Numbered from the stretch's first letter, positions 1-8,652 are shown. The stretch: DNA of 32,000 bases from Haloferax volcanii DS2 (GCF_000025685.1 NC_013967.1:450001-482000); one strand, 5' to 3'. The notes: generated from the letters alone by a model not told the origin. Program-made: numbers and translations.

Positions 1-342
1 AACGGAAACCTCTCGGCGCAACTCACGTTGCTCGGCACCGAGGACGCACTGAGCCACGCGATTGCGACCATCCCGGCCGAAATCGACGTCTCGCTCGTTC
101 GCACCGGCCGATACGAGGCGTCTGTCCACGACCCGTTGTCGTCGCTCACAGACCGCCAACGCGAGGTTCTCGACGTCGCAGTCCGGGCTGGCTACTACGA
201 GGTCCCCCGAGAAGCGACACACCGGGAAATCGCCGCCGAACTCGCCGTGGCACCCGGCACTGTGAGTGAGCATCTGCAACGAATCGAAGCCAATCTCGTG
301 TCGGCACTGGTCGGTGCGACCGGAGCCGACGGCGAGCCGTAA
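1..342 (+). CDS. HTH_10 (Bat/bacterio-opsin-activator-like) DNA-binding protein, C-terminal part; the 5' end lies outside the window
   Basis: The frame is open from base 1. The C-terminus ...LTDRQREVLDVAVRAGYYEVPREATHREIAAELAVAPGTVSEHLQRIEANL is the typical haloarchaeal HTH_10 signature. Confidence 0.75.
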   Translation, partial: NGNLSAQLTLLGTEDALSHAIATIPAEIDVSLVRTGRYEASVHDPLSSLTDRQREVLDVAVRAGYYEVPREATHREIAAELAVAPGTVSEHLQRIEANLVSALVGATGADGEP

Positions 343-348
343 CGAGAG

Positions 349-960
349 TCAATCGAACAGGCCGCTCACGTCGTCTTCGCGGCGTCGCCGCCGGCGGACG
401 TGCTCGCTCAATCGCTGAAACACCAGTCCGCGCTGGGCTTCGTTCCGCACGAAGTCGAACACCATCGCCGTGAACTGCGTCTGTTCCCCGTCGGCGACCT
501 CTTCGTGGGCGTACCCGACCGCGTCGGCGACGACCGACTCGTCGTAGCCGTCCAGTTCCTCCGCGAGCGTCTCGGCCGCGACCGCGACGGCGTCGAAATC
601 GAGGTCGTCGTACGTGACGACCCGGTCGTCGAGTCGGAGCGCGGGCGGGTCGGCGGCGACGCCGGGGTCGGCTTCGAGGCGCGCGAGAGATTCTCGAACG
701 CCGGCGAGGTCGACGCCGCGGTAGTCGTCTGCGAGGCCGTCAAGGTACTCCCGCGCGCTCCGAGCGAGGCCGACCGCGCCGGAGTCGTTGCCGTCGCGGG
801 CGTGGTGGACCGCCGCGGTGAATTGGATAAGCCCGTGGAGAAACCGCTCGTCGTCGGTGTCGCGTTCGAGCGACAGCCACTTCGACTCCCACGCGCCGTG
901 GGCCGCCCGGTACGCGCCCGCGTTGTAGATGGCGACGCCTGCGCGAAGCGAATCGTCCAT
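349..960 (-). CDS. DUF309-like conserved protein
   Basis: ORF track 349..1191, trimmed to the ATG at 960 (MDDSLRAGVAIYNAGAYRAAHGAWESKWL...FLHGLIQFTAAVHH). The 77 upstream codons are Arg/Thr-rich and look non-coding. A TTTAC-like box lies about 26 nt upstream of 960, consistent with a leaderless mRNA. Confidence 0.7.
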   Translation of the reverse strand: MDDSLRAGVAIYNAGAYRAAHGAWESKWLSLERDTDDERFLHGLIQFTAAVHHARDGNDSGAVGLARSAREYLDGLADDYRGVDLAGVRESLARLEADPGVAADPPALRLDDRVVTYDDLDFDAVAVAAETLAEELDGYDESVVADAVGYAHEEVADGEQTQFTAMVFDFVRNEAQRGLVFQRLSEHVRRRRRREDDVSGLFD

Positions 961-1056
961 GCGAACCGTTCGCCGTCCACGAGTAAAGATTCCGCGAAGG
1001 GCGCGCTCCCGCGGCGTAGGGCTTGCATACTTATCCCTCTCGGGAACATATGAGGT

Positions 1057-1329
1057 ATGATAGCACATGAATACCCTCGAAACCCTCGTCCGAGGTGTCG
1101 AACGATGACCCAGTCCCCGGTTTGTATCCGCTGCGGTGAGCAGTATCTGTTCACGCGGGCGTACAAAGGCAACTACTGTCGGGACTGCCACGGGTCGTGG
1201 GCCGCGAAGCCCCGGTCAGAGGAGGCGCCTCGCCCCCGTCCACAGCGGTCGCGCACGACCTCGTCGGTCCGCCGCCGCGAGGACGACGAGCGGTCGCCCG
1301 GCCTCGAACCGCCGTACGACGAGGCGTAA
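1057..1329 (+). CDS. Small zinc-ribbon protein (CxxC-x14-CxxC) with a basic/acidic tail
   Basis: The ORF carries CIRCGEQYLFTRAYKGNYCRDC. An alternative ATG lies at 1105 (MTQSPVCIRCG). A CATACTTATCC box about 26 nt upstream of 1057 favours the longer, leaderless form. An oligo-T run (cattttt) follows the stop. Confidence 0.5.
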   Translation: MIAHEYPRNPRPRCRTMTQSPVCIRCGEQYLFTRAYKGNYCRDCHGSWAAKPRSEEAPRPRPQRSRTTSSVRRREDDERSPGLEPPYDEA

Positions 1330-1493
1330 GTTCATTTTTCGGTCCGGACTGCCGAGTGCGCTCGGCGCTCCGTCGGTCGGTCCAACGCCACGTCCCGGCG
1401 GGTAGGCACCCGTTAGCGACGGTTAGGCGCTGATTTTTCCGTCGACTGACCCGACCGGAGTCACTATACGTCGCCCGGACGGGCGCTATCGAA

Positions 1494-2177
1494 ATGTCGT
1501 CCGAGTCGATTACCGTCCATCTCGTCGGGGATTCCACCATGGCCGACAAGGAGGCGCACGAACGCCCGGAGACCGGGTGGGGAATGCCCTTTGCCGACCG
1601 CTTCGACGACGCCGTCACGGTGGCGAACCACGCCCGAAACGGTCGCAGCACCCGCACGTTTCTGGAAGAGGGTCGCTGGCGTCCCGTCGCCCGCCAGTTG
1701 ACCGAGACCGACTACGTGTTCGTCCAGTTCGGCCACAACGACGAGGTGCCGTCGAAAGAACAGCACACGACCGAGGCGGCGTTCGTCGACAACCTCCGGA
1801 AGTTCGTCGGTGAGACGCGCGAACAGGGGGCGACGCCCGTGTTTCTCACGCCCATCGCGCGCCGCCAGTTCGACGACGGCGGCGTCCCGAAAGACACCCA
1901 CCGCGCGTACGCCGACCTGACGAGAACCGTCGCGCTCGACCGCGACGTGCCGCTCATCGACATGGACGAGCGAACGCGGGCGCTCTTGGCTGAACTCGGC
2001 CCCGACGCGTCGACGGCGCTCTACAACCACCTCGAACCGGGCGAACACTCGAACTATCCGGAGGGAATCGCTGACGACACGCACTTCAGCGAGCACGGGG
2101 CGCGCCGCATGGCCGACGTGGTGCTCGGCGGGGTCGCAGAACTGGACCTCGGACTGGCCGCCCACGTCGAGTCCTGA
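1494..2177 (+). CDS. SGNH/GDSL hydrolase, rhamnogalacturonan-acetylesterase-like
   Basis: It has the N-terminal block VHLVGDSTM, then ARNGRST, GHND and C-terminal DDTHFSEHGA (Ser-Gly-Asn-His blocks). A TATA-like ctatac lies about 28 nt upstream of the ATG. Confidence 0.85.
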   Translation: MSSESITVHLVGDSTMADKEAHERPETGWGMPFADRFDDAVTVANHARNGRSTRTFLEEGRWRPVARQLTETDYVFVQFGHNDEVPSKEQHTTEAAFVDNLRKFVGETREQGATPVFLTPIARRQFDDGGVPKDTHRAYADLTRTVALDRDVPLIDMDERTRALLAELGPDASTALYNHLEPGEHSNYPEGIADDTHFSEHGARRMADVVLGGVAELDLGLAAHVES

Positions 2178-2350
2178 CGAGCGGTGAACCCGGTCGCGAC
2201 GATATCGCTCGCTGTTCAGGTCTCCGTAGAGACGGTGTACCGCCCCGAGAGCGCAGAAGGCTCTCGAAGGTCGGTTCCAAAGAGAAACGTCCACAGAGCT
2301 TCGGTGAAGACGGACCCTCGCTTCGCTCGTCGTGTAGTTCCTCGTAGAAA

Positions 2351-2423
2351 CGTCCTGACGGAGATTTGAACTCCGGTCCCTGGCTCCGCAAGCCAGGAGG
2401 ATAGTCCACTACCCTATCAGGAC
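2351..2423 (-). tRNA. tRNA-Arg (anticodon GCG)
   Basis: The reverse complement GTCCTGATAGGGTAGTGGACTATCCTCCTGGCTTGCGGAGCCAGGGACCGGAGTTCAAATCTCCGTCAGGACG folds by hand. The acceptor is GTCCTGA/TCAGGAC, the anticodon stem CTGGC/GCCAG with loop TTGCGGA, and the T-loop GTTCAAATC. Length is 73 nt and no CCA is encoded. Confidence 0.9.
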
Positions 2424-2570
2424 TGTCTTGCTGCATCCTTCGGTACTCGACGGTTACTTAAGACGGTTACGATGTGAACTCCCAGTGAACCGCGGGACCA
2501 CGGCACGAGGCGGGCGTCGGTGTGCGTGTCGTACGCAAGGACTTTTTCGCGAGCGGGCCTAGTTTCGCAC

Positions 2571-3080
2571 GTGAATCGACGCGCGCTCCTCCTCGGAACA
2601 GCCGGGCTGTGCGCCTCGCTCGCGGGGTGCGCGAGCGGCGGCGACGCGGCGGAGGGGTCGACGGCGAGCACCGGCACCGAGACCGGAACCGCGTCGCCGA
2701 CGGCGACGGGGACGTCCCGCCGCCCGCGACTCGTCGGGCGGTCGTTCACTCCCGTCCGCGCCGACGCCTGCTCGGCGGACGGCGGGGCGCTCGCGTCCGA
2801 GACCGAAACCGGCGTCTCCGTCGTCGGGTGCGTCACGGGGGCGACCGACTGTTCTATCGCCCGACTCGCGCGCGCCGACTACGACGCGGCGTCGGACACG
2901 GCCACGCTCGTCGTCGAGACCGTCGAGCGAGCCGACGCGGAGAACTGCGCCGAATCGCCGGTCGTCCGCGGCTACGAGGCGACGCTCCGATTCGAAAGCG
3001 GCCTCCCCGGCCGGGCGGTCGTCGTCCACGACGACGCGGACGGTCGTCGAGAGGTCGCCCGCATCGATATGGACGCCTGA
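2571..3080 (+). CDS. Secreted lipoprotein of unknown function (Tat-type signal plus lipobox)
   Basis: A GTG at 2571 gives VNRRALLLGTAGLCASLAGC (twin-Arg, hydrophobic core, LAGC lipobox) followed by a Thr/Gly/Ser linker. The ORF track starts at the GTG at 2520. Confidence 0.6.
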   Translation: MNRRALLLGTAGLCASLAGCASGGDAAEGSTASTGTETGTASPTATGTSRRPRLVGRSFTPVRADACSADGGALASETETGVSVVGCVTGATDCSIARLARADYDAASDTATLVVETVERADAENCAESPVVRGYEATLRFESGLPGRAVVVHDDADGRREVARIDMDA

Positions 3081-3254
3081 GGCGTCCGAAGGTTCAAATC
3101 CGAGGCCGCGACCACCCCCGTTATGTCGCTCGATTCGCGCGGTCGGTTCGGCGGTCCAATTCGGAGGAAAACAACGCTTAAGCGCCGCCCTTCCCTGTTC
3201 GTCCATAGTATGAGTACGACGCTCGGTCTGCCGCGACGCGCGCGCTTCGTTCCG

Positions 3255-3262
3255 GGAGGTGA
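3255..3262 (+). promoter_or_regulatory. Shine-Dalgarno-like GGAGGTGA, 6 nt upstream of the rpa2 ATG
   Basis: An 8-nt match to the complement of the haloarchaeal 16S rRNA 3' end (..GAUCACCUCCU). An ATAGTAT box at about 3205-3211 could be the TATA element. Confidence 0.5.
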
Positions 3263-3268
3263 CGCCTG

Positions 3269-4720
3269 ATGGGCGTCATCCGGGAGGTCTACGACGACCT
3301 CGACACCGATGTCGAGTTCGAGGAGTTCGAAGCGGCGGTCAACGACAAGGTCGAACAGATGGGCGGCCTCGCCGACGAGGAGACGGCGGCGATGCTCATC
3401 GCCCACGAACTGCGCGACGAGGAGGTCAACGGCATCGCCGACATCGAACCCGGCATGGAGGACGTGAAGTTCCTCGCCAAGGTCGTCAGCATCGGCGAGG
3501 TTCGGACGTTCGAGCGCGACGGCGAGGACGAAGACGGGCGGGTCGTCAACATCGAGGTCGCCGACGAGACCGGTCGCATCCGCGTCTCGCTGTGGGACGA
3601 GATGGCCGCCGGCGCGAAGGAGAACCTCGAAGTCGGCACCGTCCTCCGCATCGGCGGTCGCCCGAAGGACGGCTACAACGGCGTCGAAGTCAGCGCCAGC
3701 AAGGTCGAAGAGGACCTCGACGCCGAGGTCGACGTGCAGGTGCTCGATAGCTACCGCGTCGAGGACCTCGCGCTCGGCCTCTCGGACGTGAACCTCGAAG
3801 GCAAGATTCTCGACGCCGGCACCGTGCGAACGTTCGACCGCGACGACGGCACCGAGGGCCGCGTCTCGAACCTCTCGGTCGGTGATCCGACCGGTCGCGT
3901 CCGCGTCACGCTCTGGGACGAGCGGGCGGACCTCGCCGAAGAACTCGAACCCGGCCAGTCGGTCGAGGTCGTCGACGGCTACGTCCGCGAGCGCGACGGC
4001 TCGCTCGAACTCCACGTCGGCTCCCGCGGCGCGGTCGAACCCATCGACGAGGACATCGAGTACGTCCCCGAGACGACCGACATCGGCTCGCTCGAACTCG
4101 GTCAGACGGTGGACATCGCCGGCGGCGTCATCGAGGCAGACGGGAAACGCACCTTCGACCGCGACGACGGCTCCGAGGGGCAGGTCCGAAACATCCGCGT
4201 CAAGGACGGCACCGGCGATATCCGGGTCGCCCTCTGGGGCGAGAAAGCCGACGCCGACGTGGACCTCGCGGACTACGTCGTCATCACCGACGCGGAGATA
4301 AAAGAGGGCTGGCAGGAGGACCTCGAAGCCTCCGCCGGCTGGCGGTCGTCCGTCGCCGTGATGGACGAGGCACCCGAGGGCGCGGCCGGCACCGACGCCG
4401 GCGGGTCGGCACCGACGCCGCCCAGCGACGAAGGCCTCGGCGCGTTCTCCGGCGACGGGTCGTCCGACGACACGTCCGCCGCGAACGGCGGGTCCTCGTC
4501 GGACGCGTCCGCGGCCGAGTCCACCGGCGAGGCGGTCGAGTTCACCGGGACGGTCGTACAGGCCGGGACGCCGGTCATCCTCGACGACGGCACGCAGACC
4601 AAGACCGTCGACACCGACGCCGACCTCGGCCTCGGCGACGAGGTGACCGTCTCCGGGACGGAGACCGACGGCCGCATCAGCGCCGAGTCGGTCGAAGTCC
4701 ACACTGGCGCACAGCAGTAG
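3269..4720 (+). CDS. rpa2: Replication protein A (ssDNA-binding, three tandem OB folds plus an acidic Gly/Ser/Asp linker and a C-terminal small OB-like domain)
   Basis: It is 483 aa with a thrice-repeated pattern: G.VRTF.RDDG.EGRV.N..V.D.TG.IRV.LW.E.A. This matches my memory of the stand-alone haloarchaeal Rpa2. Confidence 0.9.
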   Translation: MGVIREVYDDLDTDVEFEEFEAAVNDKVEQMGGLADEETAAMLIAHELRDEEVNGIADIEPGMEDVKFLAKVVSIGEVRTFERDGEDEDGRVVNIEVADETGRIRVSLWDEMAAGAKENLEVGTVLRIGGRPKDGYNGVEVSASKVEEDLDAEVDVQVLDSYRVEDLALGLSDVNLEGKILDAGTVRTFDRDDGTEGRVSNLSVGDPTGRVRVTLWDERADLAEELEPGQSVEVVDGYVRERDGSLELHVGSRGAVEPIDEDIEYVPETTDIGSLELGQTVDIAGGVIEADGKRTFDRDDGSEGQVRNIRVKDGTGDIRVALWGEKADADVDLADYVVITDAEIKEGWQEDLEASAGWRSSVAVMDEAPEGAAGTDAGGSAPTPPSDEGLGAFSGDGSSDDTSAANGGSSSDASAAESTGEAVEFTGTVVQAGTPVILDDGTQTKTVDTDADLGLGDEVTVSGTETDGRISAESVEVHTGAQQ

Positions 4721-4880
4721 GACGGATAGACCGCCGGTCGCCGGTCACCCACCGCCCCGCCGTCGGCGGGCCGTCGAACCTGACTCATCGTTCGCCCGGT
4801 TTTCGCGGCTCTTCGGCGCGAAATCCGACCGCTCGGGAGCGCTCCGTGCGATAAAATACAGAAGGGGCCGCGACGGAAAG

Positions 4881-4888
4881 GATTATAC
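4881..4888 (+). promoter_or_regulatory. TATA-like box (gattatac) for the histone/hdaI operon
   Basis: It is centred about 28 nt upstream of the ATG at 4913, the spacing expected for a leaderless haloarchaeal transcript. Confidence 0.4.
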
Positions 4889-4912
4889 GCCGCACGGACC
4901 CGATATGTGGGT

Positions 4913-5344
4913 ATGAGTGTCGAGCTACCGTTCGCCCCGGTAGACGCGATTATCCGGCAGAACGCAGGTGAGTTGCGAGTGAGCGCCGGCGCCGCCGAGG
5001 CGCTCGCCCGCCGGATTCAGGACCGCGGCGCGGAACTCGCGATAGACGCCGCCGACCGGGCGACGGCGGACGGTCGCAAGACGTTGATGGCCGAGGACTT
5101 CGGCGTTCAACAGGTCGTCGACCGCGACGAACTCTCCCTCCCTATCGCCCCCATCGACCGCATCGCCCGCCTCCGAATCGACGACCGCTACCGCGTCGCG
5201 ATGGACGCTCGAATCGCCCTGGCCGATATCCTCGAAGACTACGCCGTCAACGTGGCGGACGCCGCCGTCAAACTCGCCCACCACGCCGACCGGCGGACGG
5301 TCCAATCCGAGGACATCGAGACCTACTTCTCCCTCTTCGAATAA
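4913..5344 (+). CDS. hpyA: Archaeal histone, tandem double histone-fold (haloarchaeal type)
   Basis: MSVELPFAPVDAIIRQNAGELRVSAGAAEALARRIQ...LPIAPIDRIARLRIDDRYRVAMDARIALADILEDY...: two histone-fold halves in one 143-aa chain. The ORF track starts two codons earlier at the GTG at 4907. Confidence 0.85.
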   Translation: MSVELPFAPVDAIIRQNAGELRVSAGAAEALARRIQDRGAELAIDAADRATADGRKTLMAEDFGVQQVVDRDELSLPIAPIDRIARLRIDDRYRVAMDARIALADILEDYAVNVADAAVKLAHHADRRTVQSEDIETYFSLFE

Positions 5345-6357
5345 TGCAATTCGGCTACAGCGAAACGTGTCTCGACCACGACACCGGGCCGCGGCACCCC
5401 GAGACGGCCGACCGACTCCGGGCCATCCGGCGCGGGTTGGCGAAGCGCCACGGCGTCGAGTACGTCGACGCCTCGCCCGCCGAGAAATCCACTGTCGCGG
5501 CCGTCCACGACGACGGCTACGTCGACGAGTTCCACGAGTTCTGTCGCGACGGCGGCGGCAACTGGGACCCCGACACCGTCGCCGTCGAGGCGTCGTGGGA
5601 CGCCGCGCTCACATCCGCCGGCCTCGCGGAGTGGGCCGCCCGCGCCGCGCTCGACGGCGACGACGGCCGCAACACGCCGTTTTCGCTCGGTCGCCCGCCG
5701 GGCCACCACGCCGTCGAGGACGACGCCATGGGCTTTTGCTTCTTCAACAACGCCGCCGTCGCCGCGCAGGCGGTCATCGACGACGGCCTCGCCGAGCGCG
5801 TCGCCATCTTCGACTGGGACGTTCACCACGGCAACGGCACGCAGGACATCTTCTACGACCGCGGCGACGTGTTCTACACGTCCATCCACGAGGACGGCCT
5901 CTACCCCGGCACGGGCGAGGTCGACGAGACCGGCGAGGGCGACGGCGAGGGGTCGACCCTCAACGTCCCGCTCCACGCCGGCGCGGGCGACGCCGACTAC
6001 GTCTACTCGTTCGACGAGGCCATCGCGCCCGCCGTCGAGCGGTTCGACCCCGACCTGTTCATCGTGAGCGCCGGCTTCGACGCCCACCGCCACGACCCCA
6101 TCTCGCGGATGCGCGTCTCCACCGAGGGCTACGCGATGCTCACCGAGTGCGTGCAGGAGCTCTGCGAAGAGACCGACGCCGCCATCGCCTTCGTCCTCGA
6201 AGGTGGCTACGGCCTCGACACGCTCTCCGAGGGCGTCGCGACCGTCCACGAGACGTTCGACGGCCGCATCGCCATGGATCCCGAGGAAGACCCCGACGAG
6301 AAGAACGTCGAGCTAGTCGACGACGTGCGCGCCGCTCACGGCCTCGGCGCGAAGTAG
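5344..6357 (+). CDS. hdaI: Zn-dependent histone/protein deacetylase (class II HDAC / AcuC family)
   Basis: Motifs RPPGHHA, FCFFNN, DWDVHHGNGTQ, SAGFDAH and EGGY are present. The start overlaps the histone stop (TAATG). Confidence 0.9.
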   Translation: MQFGYSETCLDHDTGPRHPETADRLRAIRRGLAKRHGVEYVDASPAEKSTVAAVHDDGYVDEFHEFCRDGGGNWDPDTVAVEASWDAALTSAGLAEWAARAALDGDDGRNTPFSLGRPPGHHAVEDDAMGFCFFNNAAVAAQAVIDDGLAERVAIFDWDVHHGNGTQDIFYDRGDVFYTSIHEDGLYPGTGEVDETGEGDGEGSTLNVPLHAGAGDADYVYSFDEAIAPAVERFDPDLFIVSAGFDAHRHDPISRMRVSTEGYAMLTECVQELCEETDAAIAFVLEGGYGLDTLSEGVATVHETFDGRIAMDPEEDPDEKNVELVDDVRAAHGLGAK

Positions 6358-7715
6358 CGACCCAACTCGGCACCGAACGCCTCCGCGAGCGCGGCCACGT
6401 CGCCGCCAACGAGCACGTCGTATCCGTCCTCTCTGAGCGTCGATTCCACGTGTTTTCCGAGGGCCACGTCGAACAGCGCGTCGCTTTCGAGGAAGCCGGC
6501 CGCCGTGGTGAACTCGCGCTCGCGCTCGACCACGTAGCGGTCGCCGTCGAGGAACGGTCCGTAGTGGTCCTCGCGGTCCTCGTACGCGCCGTAGAACCCC
6601 TCAGCGTGCTGGCGGACGTGGACCGGCGGCCCCTCGTGGCGCTCGACCGCCGGGCGCTCGGCCACCGAGAGTTCCGCGAACAGGGCGGCTTCGCCCTGCC
6701 CCTCGCCGTCGGTGTCGGCGAACGCCGCCCGCCGGAACACGTCGAAGCCGCGTCTGTCGAGGCCGTCGGCGACGCCGGTCAGCGACTTTCTCAGCTGCGG
6801 GTAGAGCTGGTCGTCCACGAGGTCCGGGCAGTCGAAGACGACGGCGACGGCCGTGGTCCCGCGGCGGTCGAGGTGGCTCCGAACGCCGTCGGCGTCGAGC
6901 GCCGGCGGGTCGGGCCGGAAAAACAGCGATTCCCGCGGGTCGGAAAGCAGGTCGCGAGCGTAGTGCTGGAGACGGGCGACGTTCTCCGCCGAGCAGACCG
7001 CCGCGACGTTCCGCTCGGGGTCGGTCGGGTCGATGACGACGAGCGGGTCGGAAAACCGCCGCGTTCCGTGGTCTTCCGGGTCGAACTCGACCTGCGGGCT
7101 CCAGTCGGCGGCCGCCCGGAGCAACGGTTCGAAGCCGCCGTGTCCGACGACGAGAAGCTCGGCGAGATAGCCCGAGAACCCCTCGGTTCGGAGGTCGCTC
7201 CCGTAGGCATCGATACCCTTCAGGAAGCGCTTGAAGACGCGAACGTCCGCCGCGAGGTCGTCGTCGAGGCGCTCGGTCAGGTAGGCGTTGTGAAACGGCG
7301 TTCGGTCGACCGCCGAGCGGATGTCCGAGGCGGACGGCACGTCGTAACAGGGGACGAGGTCCACGTCGAAGCCGTCGTAGTCGCCTTTCACGTAAGGGTG
7401 TTCGGCGTACTCCTCGTGGCCGTCGGGGAGGACGGCGTGACCGACTTCGAGGCCGTACGCTTCGAGTTCCTCGCGGTCGAGGTCGGCCGGAAAGCGCACG
7501 AACAGGTCGATGTCGCGGTCGCCCGAGAGCCACGTGCCGCGGGCGGTGCTGCCGACTTGCAGCGCGTCGGCGTCCACCGGCAGGTCCGCGAGGGCGTCGT
7601 ACACGCGGGATTCGAGGGCCGCCGCGGCGTCCGCGAGCGCCCGACGCTCCGCCTCGTCGGGGTCGATGCGCTCGCGGACCGCGGCGACGACCGCGGCGAG
7701 GTCCGAGTTCGTCAT
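6336..7715 (-). CDS. cca: CCA-adding enzyme (archaeal class I tRNA nucleotidyltransferase)
   Basis: It is 459 aa with ..LQVGSTARGTWLSGDRDIDLFVRFP.. (the GS..G..DxD nucleotidyltransferase motif) and ..RTPFHNAYL... The 3' end overlaps hdaI convergently by 22 nt. Confidence 0.9.
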   Translation of the reverse strand: MTNSDLAAVVAAVRERIDPDEAERRALADAAAALESRVYDALADLPVDADALQVGSTARGTWLSGDRDIDLFVRFPADLDREELEAYGLEVGHAVLPDGHEEYAEHPYVKGDYDGFDVDLVPCYDVPSASDIRSAVDRTPFHNAYLTERLDDDLAADVRVFKRFLKGIDAYGSDLRTEGFSGYLAELLVVGHGGFEPLLRAAADWSPQVEFDPEDHGTRRFSDPLVVIDPTDPERNVAAVCSAENVARLQHYARDLLSDPRESLFFRPDPPALDADGVRSHLDRRGTTAVAVVFDCPDLVDDQLYPQLRKSLTGVADGLDRRGFDVFRRAAFADTDGEGQGEAALFAELSVAERPAVERHEGPPVHVRQHAEGFYGAYEDREDHYGPFLDGDRYVVEREREFTTAAGFLESDALFDVALGKHVESTLREDGYDVLVGGDVAALAEAFGAELGRYFAPRP

Positions 7716-7851
7716 GCCCGCTGGTTTCCCGCGGGCGGGCGAAAGCGTGACGGTGCGCTCGCGACCGCGTCAGGCGGTGGCATCCGCCAGCCGTCGGTTA
7801 AAAACGAAAGCCCTATCAAGAAACATCGAATACGAGAGAGTGCAGACGAAA

Positions 7852-7924
7852 GCCGCCGTAGCTCAGTTGGTAGAGCACCTCGCTGTTAACGAGGTTGTCC
7901 CAGGTTCGAGTCCTGGCGGTGGCG
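7852..7924 (+). tRNA. tRNA-Asn (anticodon GTT)
   Basis: GCCGCCGTAGCTCAGTTGGTAGAGCACCTCGCTGTTAACGAGGTTGTCCCAGGTTCGAGTCCTGGCGGTGGCG. The acceptor is GCCGCCG/CGGTGGC, the anticodon loop CTGTTAA, and the T-loop GGTTCGAGTCC. Confidence 0.9.
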
Positions 7925-8020
7925 CTTCTCCGTTTCTCATCCCGACGGGCGGTTCGTCTCCGGTTCGTCGGCGACGGTTCTGATAAGACATAAGAGGGAC
8001 GACGGGAAAGAATCGGCCGA

Positions 8021-8095
8021 GGGCCCCTAGCTCAGTCTGGTCAGAGCGCTCGGCTCATAACCGGGTGGTCATGGGTTCGAACCCCATGGGGCCCA
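8021..8095 (+). tRNA. tRNA with anticodon CAT; G1:C72 rules out an initiator, so it is elongator Met or tRNA-Ile2 (agmatidine type)
   Basis: GGGCCCCTAGCTCAGTCTGGTCAGAGCGCTCGGCTCATAACCGGGTGGTCATGGGTTCGAACCCCATGGGGCCCA. The acceptor is GGGCCCC/GGGGCCC, the anticodon loop CTCATAA, and there is no intron. Confidence 0.9.
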
Positions 8096-8266
8096 TAATA
8101 ATTTTAGCCGTTTTGTTGCTGGTGGAAAAGTCGACTACGGACCCTAACGCGCCTAAATTCGCCGTTTCCGCGAAATCTCAAAACGCCCGAAAATTCCAAT
8201 TGCATAAGCTCTGCTTACGGACCGGCTCGCGGTCGGGCGATAACTTTAGCCGGGGGTGTTCGGTAG

Positions 8267-8583
8267 ATGTCGCGGGCTCGTCGAGAGACGAACCTGTGGC
8301 GGTACGTCCGCTACGTCTGCGGCAGCTGCAAAGCCTGGTGTCTCGTCGACCACGCTGAGCGCGCGGCGATGCCGTCGTCTGGAACGACGGGCGCGGCCCC
8401 GACGTAGTGTGCGCGTGCTGTAACTCCGGCTGGGCCATTGACCAGGAATGGCTCGACGAACCGGTTTCTGACGACAATCTCTCCGAAGCCCTCGCTGATG
8501 GTGGCGAGTCGGACGCCTCGAGTTCGGAACGCTCGCTGGCTGAACGCTGGCCGAGTGCCAAAGCAGCGGCGAGTGTCGGTTAA
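8267..8583 (+). pseudogene. Broken small zinc-ribbon ORF: 46 codons from the ATG at 8267, continued in the -1 frame from 8359 to 8583
   Basis: Frame A reads MSRARRETNLWRYVRYVCGSCKAWCLVDHAE.. and stops at 8405-8407. Frame B, open from 8359, reads ..GDAVVWNDGRGPDVVCACCNSGWAIDQEWLDEPVSDDNLSEALADGGESDAS.. and stops at the TAA at 8581-8583. Together they give CxxC...CxxC plus an acidic tail. The antisense ORFs in the track are Arg/Ser-rich. Confidence 0.3.
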
Positions 8584-8652
8584 TCACCGACAAAGACGCG
8601 GATACGGAAGCGCGTAGAAACGGAGCTGAAGTACAGCGACGAGACGCTTTCG

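Noticed and set aside
3071-3114. tRNA-like fragment: hairpin GGACGCC-tga-GGCGTCC at the lipoprotein stop, then GGTTCAAATCC and ..GCGACCA
   Set aside because: The T-loop-like 11-mer lacks a pairing T-stem (GAAGG versus CCGAG). There is no variable region, D-arm or matching 5' acceptor strand upstream. It cannot fold as a tRNA, so at most it is an old remnant or a terminator hairpin.
3210-3269. 19-codon upstream ORF whose TGA overlaps the rpa2 ATG (TGATG)
   Set aside because: The likely TATA box (about 3205-3211) overlaps the uORF ATG, placing the TSS downstream of it. The peptide is not protein-like.
2972-4702. 576-aa minus-strand ORF antisense to rpa2
   Set aside because: Its composition is Gly/Arg/Val/Asp-rich without motifs. 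The sense strand encodes an unmistakable triple-OB RPA.
5367-7889. 840-aa plus-strand ORF spanning hdaI, cca and the first tRNA
   Set aside because: It is extremely Arg/Pro/Gly-rich and out of frame or antisense to two well-supported genes. It is a typical spurious long ORF of high-GC DNA.
8065-8358. 97-aa ORF starting inside the tRNA(CAT) gene
   Set aside because: It begins within a tRNA and has poor composition. It is kept only as part of the open-frame observation in the findings.
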